Positions 17,796 to 26,390 are shown, counted from the stretch's first letter. The stretch: DNA of 33,836 bases from a virus (IMGVR_UViG_3300037462_000103:1-33836); one strand, 5' to 3'. The notes: generated by a model not told the origin, from the letters alone. Program-made: numbers and translations.

Positions 17796-18020
17796 TCAGT
17801 CGAAGATTGATGTCGGTTCTTGTCGGTCTTCATCCCGGACATCGCCCGGAAATGCTGCAGCCAGCACGGCGGCCTCGGTCGGCCCCTTGAACTGGTAGGT
17901 CTGCTCGTCGGGAGTGATGATCTCCAGTGTGACCGGCTGGCCCGCATAGGCGTAGACGGTCATCGAAAGTTCAGGGTGCGCTGCCCGGGCCTCATCCAAA
18001 GATGTCAAGCTGGTTTTCAT
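17796..18020 (-). CDS. Hypothetical protein ending in SIFD
   Basis: 74 aa, AAGGAG RBS. Confidence 0.7.
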   Translation of the reverse strand: MKTSLTSLDEARAAHPELSMTVYAYAGQPVTLEIITPDEQTYQFKGPTEAAVLAAAFPGDVRDEDRQEPTSIFD

Positions 18021-18213
18021 CGGGCAACTCCTTCGCAGGCGCGGTCACGATGTCGCGGATCTCCGCATCGGACTTGGCGCAGTAGTCCCGCAGCACCCAC
18101 TCGACGAGCCGGGTACGGGATATCTTGAGTTTGCTGGCACGCCGGTCGAGCATCTTCATCAGGACGTTCGGCAGGCGCATCGTGGTTATGGCTGTGTTCG
18201 GCCCCGGGGCCAT
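17992..18213 (-). CDS. Ribbon-helix-helix (CopG/Arc-like) regulator
   Basis: ATG 18213 with AGAGGA RBS; TTMRLP..LMKMLDRRASKLKISRTRLVEWVLRDY strand-helix-helix pattern. Confidence 0.75.
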   Translation of the reverse strand: MAPGPNTAITTMRLPNVLMKMLDRRASKLKISRTRLVEWVLRDYCAKSDAEIRDIVTAPAKELPDENQLDIFG

Positions 18214-18236
18214 CGGCAAATTCCTCTTGCTTGGGG

Positions 18237-18277
18237 TTGACAAGACAACGTGTATGTCAGATGTATGTCATTGTCAA
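18237..18277. promoter_or_regulatory. Overlapping divergent promoters with tandem TGACATACA operator candidates
   Basis: TTGACA on + (18237-18242) and on - (18277-18272) enclose TGTATGTCA twice (18251-18259, 18262-18270). Confidence 0.7.
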
Positions 18278-18307
18278 CCGACAACTACCGACAAAAAGGA
18301 ACGCATC

Positions 18308-19477
18308 ATGGAAAAGCACATCGTTTACGGACAGCATGACGATCGCACTCTGGCGCAGATGGAGCGCTGCATGAACTCTGGCAGCGCGGCAGCCGGCGTG
18401 CTGTGCGCTGACGGTCATCTCGGCTATGCGCACCCGATCGGCGGCGTCGTGGGCTACACCGACCATATCTCGATCAGCGGCGTCGGGTTCGACATCGCCT
18501 GCGGCAATATGGCGGTGCGCCTCGACACCCCCTATTCGGCCATTAAGCCGAACATCGGCCAGATCCTGCAGGACATCTCCAAGGTCGTCAGCTTCGGCGT
18601 CGGTCGCGCGAATGATGAGCGGGTCGATCACGACCTTTTCGAAAGCGATCTCTGGGGGAAGGCCGACGTCACGGGCCTGAAGGAACTGGCGCGCAACCAG
18701 CTGGGGACGGTCGGTTCGGGCAACCACTACGTCGACATCTTTGAAGACGACGAGGGCGCAACCTGGATCGGCGTTCATTTCGGGTCGCGCGGCCTCGGTC
18801 ACAAGATCACGACGAAGTATCTCGCGATGGTCGGCGCTAAGGACGAGATGGAAGCCGATCCGGCTTTGCTGCCCGCTGACAGCGACATGGGTCGGGGCTA
18901 CCTCGCCGGCATCGAGCTCGGCGGCCTCTACGCCTATGCCGGCCGCGAATGGGTCGTTGAGAAGGTCCGGTCGATCATTGGCGGCGCGGTCACGTTCAGC
19001 GTTCATAATCACCACAACTTCGCCTGGCGCGAGCGTCATGACGACGTCGACATGTGGGTCGTTCGCAAGGGTGCGACGCCGGCCTTCCCCGGTCAGTACG
19101 GTTTTGTTGGCGGCTCCATGGGCGACGATGCGGTGATCCTGCGCGGCGTCGAGAGCGAGCAGTCGGCTAAATCTCTGTACTCGACGGTTCACGGCGCCGG
19201 ACGTGTCATGTCGCGCATGGAGGCCCGCGGGAAGGTCCATCGCAAGACCGGCGAGGTAATCAAGCCGCCCCGCGTCGACCGTGGCGAGTGGGAAGCCTGG
19301 CTGGCCGACAAGGGCGTTACGCTGATCGGCGCCGATCTCGACGAGGCTCCGCAGGCATACCGCCGACTGACCGAGGTTCTGGCCGCTCACGAAGGCACGG
19401 TCGAGATCTGCCACGTCCTGCATCCGCGCGGTGTCATCATGGCAGGGGCGAATGAGTTCGACCCTTACAAGGATTGA
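18308..19477 (+). CDS. rtcB: RtcB family RNA 2',3'-cyclic phosphate/5'-OH ligase
   Basis: DGHLGYAHPIG, VGFDIACG, QLGTVGSGNHY, VHFGSRG, HNHHN, VRKGATPA, GGSMG, STVHGAGRVMSR, DEAPQAY motifs; ATG 18308 with AAAGGA RBS. Confidence 0.95.
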   Translation: MEKHIVYGQHDDRTLAQMERCMNSGSAAAGVLCADGHLGYAHPIGGVVGYTDHISISGVGFDIACGNMAVRLDTPYSAIKPNIGQILQDISKVVSFGVGRANDERVDHDLFESDLWGKADVTGLKELARNQLGTVGSGNHYVDIFEDDEGATWIGVHFGSRGLGHKITTKYLAMVGAKDEMEADPALLPADSDMGRGYLAGIELGGLYAYAGREWVVEKVRSIIGGAVTFSVHNHHNFAWRERHDDVDMWVVRKGATPAFPGQYGFVGGSMGDDAVILRGVESEQSAKSLYSTVHGAGRVMSRMEARGKVHRKTGEVIKPPRVDRGEWEAWLADKGVTLIGADLDEAPQAYRRLTEVLAAHEGTVEICHVLHPRGVIMAGANEFDPYKD

Positions 19478-19480
19478 CCG

Positions 19481-19687
19481 ATGATACCCTTCATCGACAC
19501 CGAGACCCACCACTGCCGAACGCCCCTGGTCATGGCCCATAACCCGCCAGGCCCTGACATGCTGGTCTGCGGCCAGCCCACGGTCCCCGGCAAGACATAC
19601 TGCACCAGCTGCCGGGCGGTTCTCTACTACCGCCCGACGAAGACGGAACTCAAATCATTGGACTGGCTGCCTCCTAAGCCGAAGTAG
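19481..19687 (+). CDS. GcrA C-terminal-domain-like small Cys-rich protein
   Basis: CRTPL...MLVCGQPTVPGKTYCTSCRAVLY resembles the GcrA C-terminal CRWP...FCG...G.PYC..H...AY pattern. Confidence 0.65.
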   Translation: MIPFIDTETHHCRTPLVMAHNPPGPDMLVCGQPTVPGKTYCTSCRAVLYYRPTKTELKSLDWLPPKPK

Positions 19688-19707
19688 TCGCCTTTCATGG
19701 AGATAAC

Positions 19708-19929
19708 ATGACCATCGGAGATGCACTCTTCACTTGGGCCGTTGCGGCGGTCATCATGTGGGGCGCTTGGCTGCGTCACAAGGGCCACAAGCACAAGTGG
19801 CGCGAGACGTCTCGCGAACAGCTGGTGCGCCAACGCGACAAGGCCATCCTCGGCTATCGTTCCTACTGCGTTTGCGAGGAATGCGGCCGCCCCGAATACT
19901 TCAATCTCTACGATGACAGCGAGCGGTAG
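19708..19929 (+). CDS. Small membrane-anchored protein with His/Cys motif
   Basis: N-terminal TM, HKHKW and CEECG; GGAG RBS. Confidence 0.6.
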   Translation: MTIGDALFTWAVAAVIMWGAWLRHKGHKHKWRETSREQLVRQRDKAILGYRSYCVCEECGRPEYFNLYDDSER

Positions 19930-19992
19930 CCGCACGTTGTCATTGTCGGCCATGTAGGTTATTGTCTGTCGCAACTTTCGACGGAGACCTGC

Positions 19993-21441
19993 ATGGCCGA
20001 TCCCACTCCCTTCACCCCCGGCTATTCGTTCACGGACTGGCAGACCAGCAACCCGACCAAGCCCCTGCCCGGCAACAAGGTCGATCAGGACATGGCGAAC
20101 ATTGAGACGTCGATCGACGAGATTGTCGACGCGATCAAGGACGTTCGCCGGTCGGACGGCAAGCTGAAGAACGGGATCGTCACGGTCGACAGCCTGGATC
20201 CCACCGTAGCGGCCGGCGTGGGCGCGGGAGCATTGGCATCTGCTGAAGCCGCAGCGGCCTCGGCAGACGCAGCCGGCGACAGTGCCGATGCGGCAGCCTC
20301 GAGCGCGGTCGCATCGGCCGCGTCGGCGACAGCCGCCTCGGGCTATGCCAGCACGGCTTTGACCTATCGGAATGCTGCGTCGGGATTTGCGGATGATAGC
20401 GCGGCTGCAGCGACGCTCTCGCAGACGGCCCGCGATTTCGCGAACAAATGGGCTGTCGAAGCGGAAGGTGTGGACGTCAACGACGGCGTGAACCCGGTCG
20501 GCAAGTCGGCCTATCATTGGGCGCAGGTCGCTCTCGAAGCTGCGACGGGAGCTTTGCCGGATAATTCCGTCTCGATGAGCAAGATTGTCGACGGCGCGGT
20601 CACATCGGCGAAGATCGCAGACGGCGCTCTGTCCGCTGATACGACAGGTCGCGCCAAGATGGCGGACGGTTTCACCACCACAGCCAAGCTCGCGAATGGC
20701 GTCCTATCGGCCGACACAACAGGCCGTGCGAAGATGGCGGACGGCTTCTTATCCGCTGATACTACGGGTCGCGCGAAGATGGCAGACGGCTTCCTAACTG
20801 CCGTTAAAGCCGCCGCGGATTTCGTGTTCGGGCAGACGGCCAAGACAACGCCTGTTGACGCGGACGCGCTGCTGATCTCGGACAGCGCGGCGTCGAACGT
20901 ACCCAAGAAGCTGACCTTTGCGAACCTTAAAGCTTGGGTCAGATCGTTTACTGCGATAAACAGCATCGGCTCAACGGCTACTACGACAGGGACAACGGTT
21001 GAGTTCAATGCCATCCCGGCGAACGTTCGCCGCGTGACGGTCGTTTTAAGCGCCGTATCGCTCAGTTCTACATCCTCGATCCTAGTTCAGTTGGGAACTG
21101 CTAGCAGCTTTGAAACCACGAGTTATATTTCATCTGCTGCGGCAGCGCGAGACAATTCCACTACAGTTGGCGCAAACAGCGCCGCCGGCTTCATTATTGC
21201 CCTGGGGGCGTCCGCGACTGTCCGTGTATATGTGACGATGACGATTACTCGTGTAAATGGCAATGAATGGGTCTGCTCGTATTCTGGCGGCCTCTCTGAC
21301 GGAACAACTCTTGTTTCGCAGTCGACTAGCGGCGGCGGTAACAAGACGCTCTCAGGAGAACTGACGCGCCTTCGCCTCAACTCTGTGAGCGGAACAGACA
21401 CCTTTGACAACGGAACCGCCAACGTCTTTTACGAATTCTAA
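19993..21441 (+). CDS. Tail fibre protein
   Basis: N-terminal attachment-like domain, Ala/Ser-rich coiled coil, SAYHWA, repeated K(I/M)ADG..SADTTGRA units, beta-rich C-terminal tip ending DTFDNGTANVFYEF. Confidence 0.8.
   Translation: MADPTPFTPGYSFTDWQTSNPTKPLPGNKVDQDMANIETSIDEIVDAIKDVRRSDGKLKNGIVTVDSLDPTVAAGVGAGALASAEAAAASADAAGDSADAAASSAVASAASATAASGYASTALTYRNAASGFADDSAAAATLSQTARDFANKWAVEAEGVDVNDGVNPVGKSAYHWAQVALEAATGALPDNSVSMSKIVDGAVTSAKIADGALSADTTGRAKMADGFTTTAKLANGVLSADTTGRAKMADGFLSADTTGRAKMADGFLTAVKAAADFVFGQTAKTTPVDADALLISDSAASNVPKKLTFANLKAWVRSFTAINSIGSTATTTGTTVEFNAIPANVRRVTVVLSAVSLSSTSSILVQLGTASSFETTSYISSAAAARDNSTTVGANSAAGFIIALGASATVRVYVTMTITRVNGNEWVCSYSGGLSDGTTLVSQSTSGGGNKTLSGELTRLRLNSVSGTDTFDNGTANVFYEF
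20581..20800 (+). repeat. In-frame tandem repeats in the tail fibre shaft
   Basis: Three LSADTTGRAKMADG units plus shorter KIxDG units; synonymous codons differ between copies. Confidence 0.85.
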
Positions 21442-21450
21442 GGAGAAACC

Positions 21451-22530
21451 ATGCGTTCTTTGTTCGGCGCGATTGCCGCCTTCATTCTTGCATTCACGCC
21501 AACGCTTGCGCAGACCTACCACCCTAACATTGCTGCCATCAATCCGGCATCGCTGATCTCGGTCAACACGCCTGCCGATGTGGTTGCAGTGCGCGACAGC
21601 TTGCGGCAGCAAATCTTCAAGTCGTCTTCACTGCCGACGCTCACGCCGACATTCGACTTCGACTACATGGATAGCGTCTGGGCAGCTGTCCCGAACATGG
21701 GCGGCGTCAAGCGGCACACTGTGTGGATGTCAAAAGGCACGCGCTCGATTGTCTGGCGCTTTTCTCCTGCGGTGTTCCGCAAGCCCAACGACGGGAGGTG
21801 CGGTTTCATCGTCCATGGCGGTCACAGTCAGAACGCCACCAAACCGCCATATCGAAACATGATTTCCAAGCTGGTCGAGCTGGGCTGCGAAGTCTGGACA
21901 ATCGACATGCCGCAGGAAGGTCAGAACACCTTTGACGGCGTGATCAATACGGGGCGCGGTTACTTCGACGTGGACCGCTACGGGCGCGCTCATAACAATC
22001 TCCAGATCACTGCTGATGCAACGTTCAATCCTCTCCGCTTCTTCATGGATGCGCCGCTGGCCGTCGTCAACGACATGACTAATCGCGGGATCACAAACAT
22101 CGGCATGACGGGCCTTTCTGGCGGCGGCTGGACAACCGATCTCTATTCCGCGCTCGATGACAGAGTTGACATCAGCTATTCCATCGCCGGCTCGATGCCA
22201 GTCTATATGCGGTCATGGGTGCCGCCGATGTCGACCGGATCATTTGGTGACTGGGAGCAGATGCAAGTCCCGCATCTTGGGGTCGACTATATGGATCTTT
22301 ATATCCTGGCTGCAGTTGGGCCGGGCAGCCATCACGCAAACATTTACATCGTGAACGATGACTGCTGCTTCGGGGGCTACAACGGCAATCACTTCGCGTC
22401 CACCGTTTCCGGCATCGCGGCCTCGCTCGGCGGTTCCTATGCGGTGACCTATGACACGACTGTCAGTACGCACACGGTTTCGGCTTGGGCGGTGAATTTC
22501 ATCGCAGGGCAAGTGACAAGCCGGTTTTGA
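21451..22530 (+). CDS. Secreted alpha/beta-hydrolase (serine esterase-like)
   Basis: Sec signal peptide (MRSLFGAIAAFILAFTPTLA-Q), VHGGH oxyanion segment, GLSGGG nucleophile elbow, candidate Asp (NDDCC) and His (STHTV); AAGGAG RBS. Confidence 0.8.
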   Translation: MRSLFGAIAAFILAFTPTLAQTYHPNIAAINPASLISVNTPADVVAVRDSLRQQIFKSSSLPTLTPTFDFDYMDSVWAAVPNMGGVKRHTVWMSKGTRSIVWRFSPAVFRKPNDGRCGFIVHGGHSQNATKPPYRNMISKLVELGCEVWTIDMPQEGQNTFDGVINTGRGYFDVDRYGRAHNNLQITADATFNPLRFFMDAPLAVVNDMTNRGITNIGMTGLSGGGWTTDLYSALDDRVDISYSIAGSMPVYMRSWVPPMSTGSFGDWEQMQVPHLGVDYMDLYILAAVGPGSHHANIYIVNDDCCFGGYNGNHFASTVSGIAASLGGSYAVTYDTTVSTHTVSAWAVNFIAGQVTSRF

Positions 22531-22619
22531 TCAATCTTTCCGATACCGTTTCCCACGGTCGCTGCCAGTGGTCAACTCCTGACCTACCGCCCCTAGCCGG
22601 AAGTTTTTGACTTTCCTGT

Positions 22620-24833
22620 TCAATCCTTCTTGTACCGCTTCGCCCTGAAGCCGCCCGCCGTCAACGGCAGACCATCCGCCCAGGCCGGGAGTTCGCAGAT
22701 CAGCTTTTCGAACTCCCGCACGTCGCCATAGCCGCGCGGCACTTCCGCCAGGATTTCATCGTAGACGGTCGCGACGATTTCGTAGCCATTGCTCTCGGCC
22801 TTGAACATGCCGTTGGCGAGAATATCGCGCGCAATTGCTTGGGTATTGTTCTCAGCGATTATGCCCGAGTATAGGGCGTAGCGCTCCCATTTCCGTGTCA
22901 CCGAGTTGACGCCGAGCACCGTAACCTTGTCGGACGTCTCGCCTTCGATCCGCGCAGTTCCCTTGCGCTCACCGGCCTGCGCGGCTTCGCGGTCCATGAC
23001 CTCGCTGTCCGACCAGGTGCCATCGGGCAGCAGGATCTTCGCCCATACCTGTGCTTTCAGGCGCGGCGCGCCGTAGGCAAGGCACCGGCCGGACGGGAGA
23101 CGAGCCCACAGGAAGCCATTCCTGAAGATGTAGCTGACCATGGCCGCGGATGTGATCGTGCCGGGATTGGCGACCGCATCGCGCACAGCGGCCTCGAGGT
23201 CGCGCCACGACTTGGCAATGGCCGAGTTCTGCGCCCGCCAGCCCAGCTTGACGACTTCGCAGGCGATCCATGCGTCCTGCGACAGGATCTGCGTGCCTGA
23301 TAGCCCGCGCTTCGCCTGGCCCTCGTAGCGCTTGCGGGCCTTTTCCAGTCGCTCCCGATCGGCCTGTTCCAGGATCTGTTTTGCAATCCCTTCCAGGTTG
23401 ACGCCATAGCCGCGCGCGAAGGTGACGAACGCCATCACACCGCCGCCATACGAAAGGCCGAGCTCCGCTGGCTTCCCGACCGCCTGCCGCGCCCAATGCT
23501 TCTTCGTCACTTCCTCGGTCGTCAGGCCGAGGATCGAGGCAGCCGTGCGCCGGTACATGTCCGGCAGGGACGGATCGACGTTGAGTTCGCGGATCGCTTT
23601 CAGCTTCCATTCCTCGTTCGCCGTCCACGCGATGACGTTGCCTTCGATGTTCGAATAGTCGGCTTGCACGAACTCCTTGCCGGGTCCGGCCCAGATGAAG
23701 CCGCGGATCGCGTCGGAGATCAGGTGCAGGGAGCGACCGAGCTCGTCGCCATACAGGAAGGTCAGCCAGTCGGGGTCTTCGCTGCGGAACGCGTCGAACA
23801 GGACGTCCGGGCGGGGATGCTGTTCTTCGTATATCCGACGAGGGCGCGGCAGATTGCTCGTATTGACGCCTTGGCTCTGGAAACGCCCCGTGCCGGCGCC
23901 ATGATACATCGACGTTCCGCGCACTCGCCCGTCAGCGCTGGCGCGATCGAGCATGGCCTGCAGTTTCGCGACCGATGTCTTCGCAGCCTCCTGCCGGATC
24001 TCCAGCGCCTTACGCACATTGTCGGGCAAATCGTCGTAAGCCAGCAGATCGGTGATTTCGGATTTGGCCGCGGAGTTCAGTTCTATCCCCTGATCCTGAA
24101 CCCAGGCAACGAGCTTACCGGGCTCGGAGCATTTGCGCACTGCGCCACCGGTAATCTCGCGCATCTGCTGGTCAAACTGCGCCTTGGCCTTCTCCGCGAT
24201 GACGATCGCGTGCCGAGCGGAATTACGATCGACGCGAATGCCGCGCTGATTGATCTTCGCGTTCAGCGTCCATAGGGCCTGTTCGGCATCAGAGAGTGGT
24301 ACGATGCGGCGCGCTATGGCCTCTTCGACCTCGACGTCGGTCATGCAGTATCGGATGAATTTCTGCCAGTCCTCCGCGTTCTCCGGGGCCAAGGGATCGT
24401 TGAACCCGCCGCCCCGCTTCGGGATCGAGAACTTGCGGATCAGACGTTGACCTTCTTTGTCCTTCTGGACGTCCAGACCAAGGGCCGCCGCTGCGTCGCC
24501 AAGCGCGCGGGGCAAGGACATCGCCGCAGCGGCGGCCATGGTGTCGACGTATTGCCCGATCTTCGGTCGAGGCCAGCCGTGGCGGTCTGCCAGGGCCTCG
24601 AAGCCCAACATCTCGAATTGGGCGTTCCAGGCGTGAATGCGCGCGCCGCCTTCGATTGCCATGCACAGATCGCGAGGTTCGGGCTGATCGAAGGTCCAGA
24701 CTTGAAGAGGACAATCGTTGATCCGGTAGGCGCACATCAACGCTTCCGTCTCCGGATGCGCCCAATAGACATGCGCGCCGTGTTTCTTCAGATCGACGGG
24801 GCTTCTGCTCTCGAAGTCACAGGAAACCTTCAT
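22620..24833 (-). CDS. polA: DNA polymerase family A with 3'-5' exonuclease
   Basis: CDFES, AWNAQFE and YCMTDV exonuclease motifs; GTGRF, ADYSNIE (motif A), RQAVGKPAELGLSYG (motif B), ENNTQAIARD, TVYDEI (motif C). Start at ATG 24833. Confidence 0.93.
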   Translation of the reverse strand: MKVSCDFESRSPVDLKKHGAHVYWAHPETEALMCAYRINDCPLQVWTFDQPEPRDLCMAIEGGARIHAWNAQFEMLGFEALADRHGWPRPKIGQYVDTMAAAAAMSLPRALGDAAAALGLDVQKDKEGQRLIRKFSIPKRGGGFNDPLAPENAEDWQKFIRYCMTDVEVEEAIARRIVPLSDAEQALWTLNAKINQRGIRVDRNSARHAIVIAEKAKAQFDQQMREITGGAVRKCSEPGKLVAWVQDQGIELNSAAKSEITDLLAYDDLPDNVRKALEIRQEAAKTSVAKLQAMLDRASADGRVRGTSMYHGAGTGRFQSQGVNTSNLPRPRRIYEEQHPRPDVLFDAFRSEDPDWLTFLYGDELGRSLHLISDAIRGFIWAGPGKEFVQADYSNIEGNVIAWTANEEWKLKAIRELNVDPSLPDMYRRTAASILGLTTEEVTKKHWARQAVGKPAELGLSYGGGVMAFVTFARGYGVNLEGIAKQILEQADRERLEKARKRYEGQAKRGLSGTQILSQDAWIACEVVKLGWRAQNSAIAKSWRDLEAAVRDAVANPGTITSAAMVSYIFRNGFLWARLPSGRCLAYGAPRLKAQVWAKILLPDGTWSDSEVMDREAAQAGERKGTARIEGETSDKVTVLGVNSVTRKWERYALYSGIIAENNTQAIARDILANGMFKAESNGYEIVATVYDEILAEVPRGYGDVREFEKLICELPAWADGLPLTAGGFRAKRYKKD

Positions 24834-24922
24834 GACACCACCAGCCAGGCGATGAAGCCGATCGCGCACCACATGGCGATGCCGGCGGGAAGGGCGATAA
24901 GCAGTCCGCGGAAAAACGTCAT
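24830..24922 (-). CDS. Small membrane protein, 30 aa (below ORF-track cutoff)
   Basis: [30 protein letters not shown]; ATGA overlaps at both ends couple the methylase gene to polA; GGGGAG RBS. Confidence 0.7.
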   Translation of the reverse strand: MTFFRGLLIALPAGIAMWCAIGFIAWLVVS

Positions 24923-26169
24923 TCGAAAATACTCCCCTGCAAGGCGTTGTCGTTCGTCATTTCAGACACGGCGGTCAGTCGAAGATCGACGGTGTCGAGA
25001 TACGCTTCGATGAAGGTTTGCGCCGCTTGGGCAACGATTGCATTGCCGTAGCCGCGCAGTCGTCCCACTCGGGCGGCAGCCCCATGAGCCAGCGGGAATG
25101 TGCCGGGTTCAACTGGCCTCCACTTTCCATCCCGGCAGAAGAGCCAGTCAGCATCTCGCCAGTGGCCGTTAGTCGGGCCGGTTCTGTCTTGATGAAGGCC
25201 AGATGCGCCTGCGACGCCACCCCCATGTTGACCTTCCGGCCTGACGGGTGTTGCCCGGTCATCGTCGTGTCCGGATGCGGCCTCTTGCCTCCATTCCCGT
25301 CGCTCGCCGCCGGAGAGTTCCATGCCGCCAGCTGCACAAAGTCGTGCAGATCGTTTGATCGATCCGGGTTCATCGCTCGCTTCGCCTGACCGCCGCCCGT
25401 CCCATCCGAGGCTTGCGGCGTCGGCCACCCCGCCAAGTTGGCCTGTCTCGGCAACTGATCGAACCTCTCCGAGCCATCCGCCCTCGGCTTGATGTCCGCG
25501 CCGCTGTCCTTCCAGTCTCTCGTCGTCGTCGTCACCCACCCGGCCAACGCCGCGACGCTCGGCAATTCGTCCAAATGCCCCTTTCGCTCCAGTTCCTTCT
25601 GGATCCCCTGTTCGGTCCTCGCGCCTTTCGATCCGTCTATCGATCTCGGCGTCGGCCAGCTTTTCCGCGAACCACCAGAGCCGTTGTCTGATATGGGGCG
25701 CGCCGACGCCCGCAGCGCAGAGATCGACCGCCCCTGCGGCGTAGCGCGCTCCTTCCAGGTCAGTTTGAACAAGGTCGAGCCAAGCGAGGCCGTCCTTGCT
25801 TGCAACCTGCTCACCAAAGACGAGGCGAGGACGGCACTCTCGGATGAGGTGGATGAAGGACGGCCATAGATGCCGCTCGTCATCCATCCCGCCTCCCTTG
25901 CCTGCCGCGGAGAAAGGTTGGCAGGGACACGACCCGGTCCAAACTTCAGCGTCATCCGGCACGCCAGCGCGACGGAGGGCGTAAGACCAAACTCCGATGC
26001 CAGCGAAGAAATGTACCTGTCGAAATCCTCTAAGGTCATCGGCTCTGAGGTCGTCGATGCTGCGTCGATCGACAACGCCAGGCGCAATGTGTCCAGAGGC
26101 AATAAGCTGCTCGAGCCAAGCGGCTGCAAAGGGGTCGATTTCATTGTAGAGCGCCCATGGTTTCGTCAT
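24919..26169 (-). CDS. C5 DNA cytosine methyltransferase, alpha polypeptide
   Basis: FFAGIG (motif I), GSCPCQPFS (IV), GEQV (VI), [10 protein letters not shown] (VIII), [10 protein letters not shown] (X); central part looks like off-frame filler. Confidence 0.9.
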   Translation of the reverse strand: MTKPWALYNEIDPFAAAWLEQLIASGHIAPGVVDRRSIDDLRADDLRGFRQVHFFAGIGVWSYALRRAGVPDDAEVWTGSCPCQPFSAAGKGGGMDDERHLWPSFIHLIRECRPRLVFGEQVASKDGLAWLDLVQTDLEGARYAAGAVDLCAAGVGAPHIRQRLWWFAEKLADAEIDRRIERREDRTGDPEGTGAKGAFGRIAERRGVGRVGDDDDERLEGQRRGHQAEGGWLGEVRSVAETGQLGGVADAASLGWDGRRSGEASDEPGSIKRSARLCAAGGMELSGGERREWRQEAASGHDDDRATPVRPEGQHGGGVAGASGLHQDRTGPTNGHWRDADWLFCRDGKWRPVEPGTFPLAHGAAARVGRLRGYGNAIVAQAAQTFIEAYLDTVDLRLTAVSEMTNDNALQGSIFE

Positions 26170-26218
26170 CCGAAGATATCTCCGAGGATGGGGTTGTCGT
26201 TCGTCATTTCAGACACGG
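24946..26218. repeat. 26-bp perfect direct repeat (24946-24971 and 26193-26218)
   Basis: GTTGTCGTTCGTCATTTCAGACACGG at both positions. Confidence 0.9.
24975..25883 (-). CDS. C5 methyltransferase beta polypeptide (variable region plus motif IX), nested in an alternative frame
   Basis: ATG 25883 preceded by GGGAGG; four W(P)T(P)...D repeats and [18 protein letters not shown] motif IX-like; the frame is open from 26144. Confidence 0.75.
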   Translation of the reverse strand: MTSGIYGRPSSTSSESAVLASSLVSRLQARTASLGSTLFKLTWKERATPQGRSISALRASARPISDNGSGGSRKSWPTPRSIDGSKGARTEQGIQKELERKGHLDELPSVAALAGWVTTTTRDWKDSGADIKPRADGSERFDQLPRQANLAGWPTPQASDGTGGGQAKRAMNPDRSNDLHDFVQLAAWNSPAASDGNGGKRPHPDTTMTGQHPSGRKVNMGVASQAHLAFIKTEPARLTATGEMLTGSSAGMESGGQLNPAHSRWLMGLPPEWDDCAATAMQSLPKRRKPSSKRISTPSIFD

Positions 26219-26390
26219 TCTTCACGCCCAGCGCGGCCTTCACGGCGACCACCGGATCGGCGTGCGTATCGCAGCGCCAGGACGTCCCGTCGCGCGACGT
26301 GTTGGCCTGCCAGCCGTCTTGCGTCTTCCATAAGGTCATCGCTCGGAGGCCGGACTTGCCGGCCTCCTGCAGTGCTTCGTCGATCGTCAT
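26166..26390 (-). CDS. Hypothetical protein ending in DIFG
   Basis: 74 aa, ATGA overlaps at both ends. Confidence 0.7.
   Translation of the reverse strand: MTIDEALQEAGKSGLRAMTLWKTQDGWQANTSRDGTSWRCDTHADPVVAVKAALGVKTVSEMTNDNPILGDIFG

Noticed and set aside
18125-19540. N-terminal extension of RtcB to 18125 and the antisense 427-aa ORF
   Set aside because: The extension crosses the divergent promoter and RHH gene, while ATG 18308 has a good RBS; the antisense ORF is a shadow.
19993-22530. Diversity-generating retroelement or invertible tail-fibre switch
   Set aside because: No reverse transcriptase, template repeat, invertase or flanking inverted repeats seen in the window.
24919-26169. Methyltransferase as a frameshifted pseudogene or sequencing error
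   Set aside because: Both frames are open throughout, motif X returns in the alpha frame, and beta has its own SD/ATG and tagged C-terminus.
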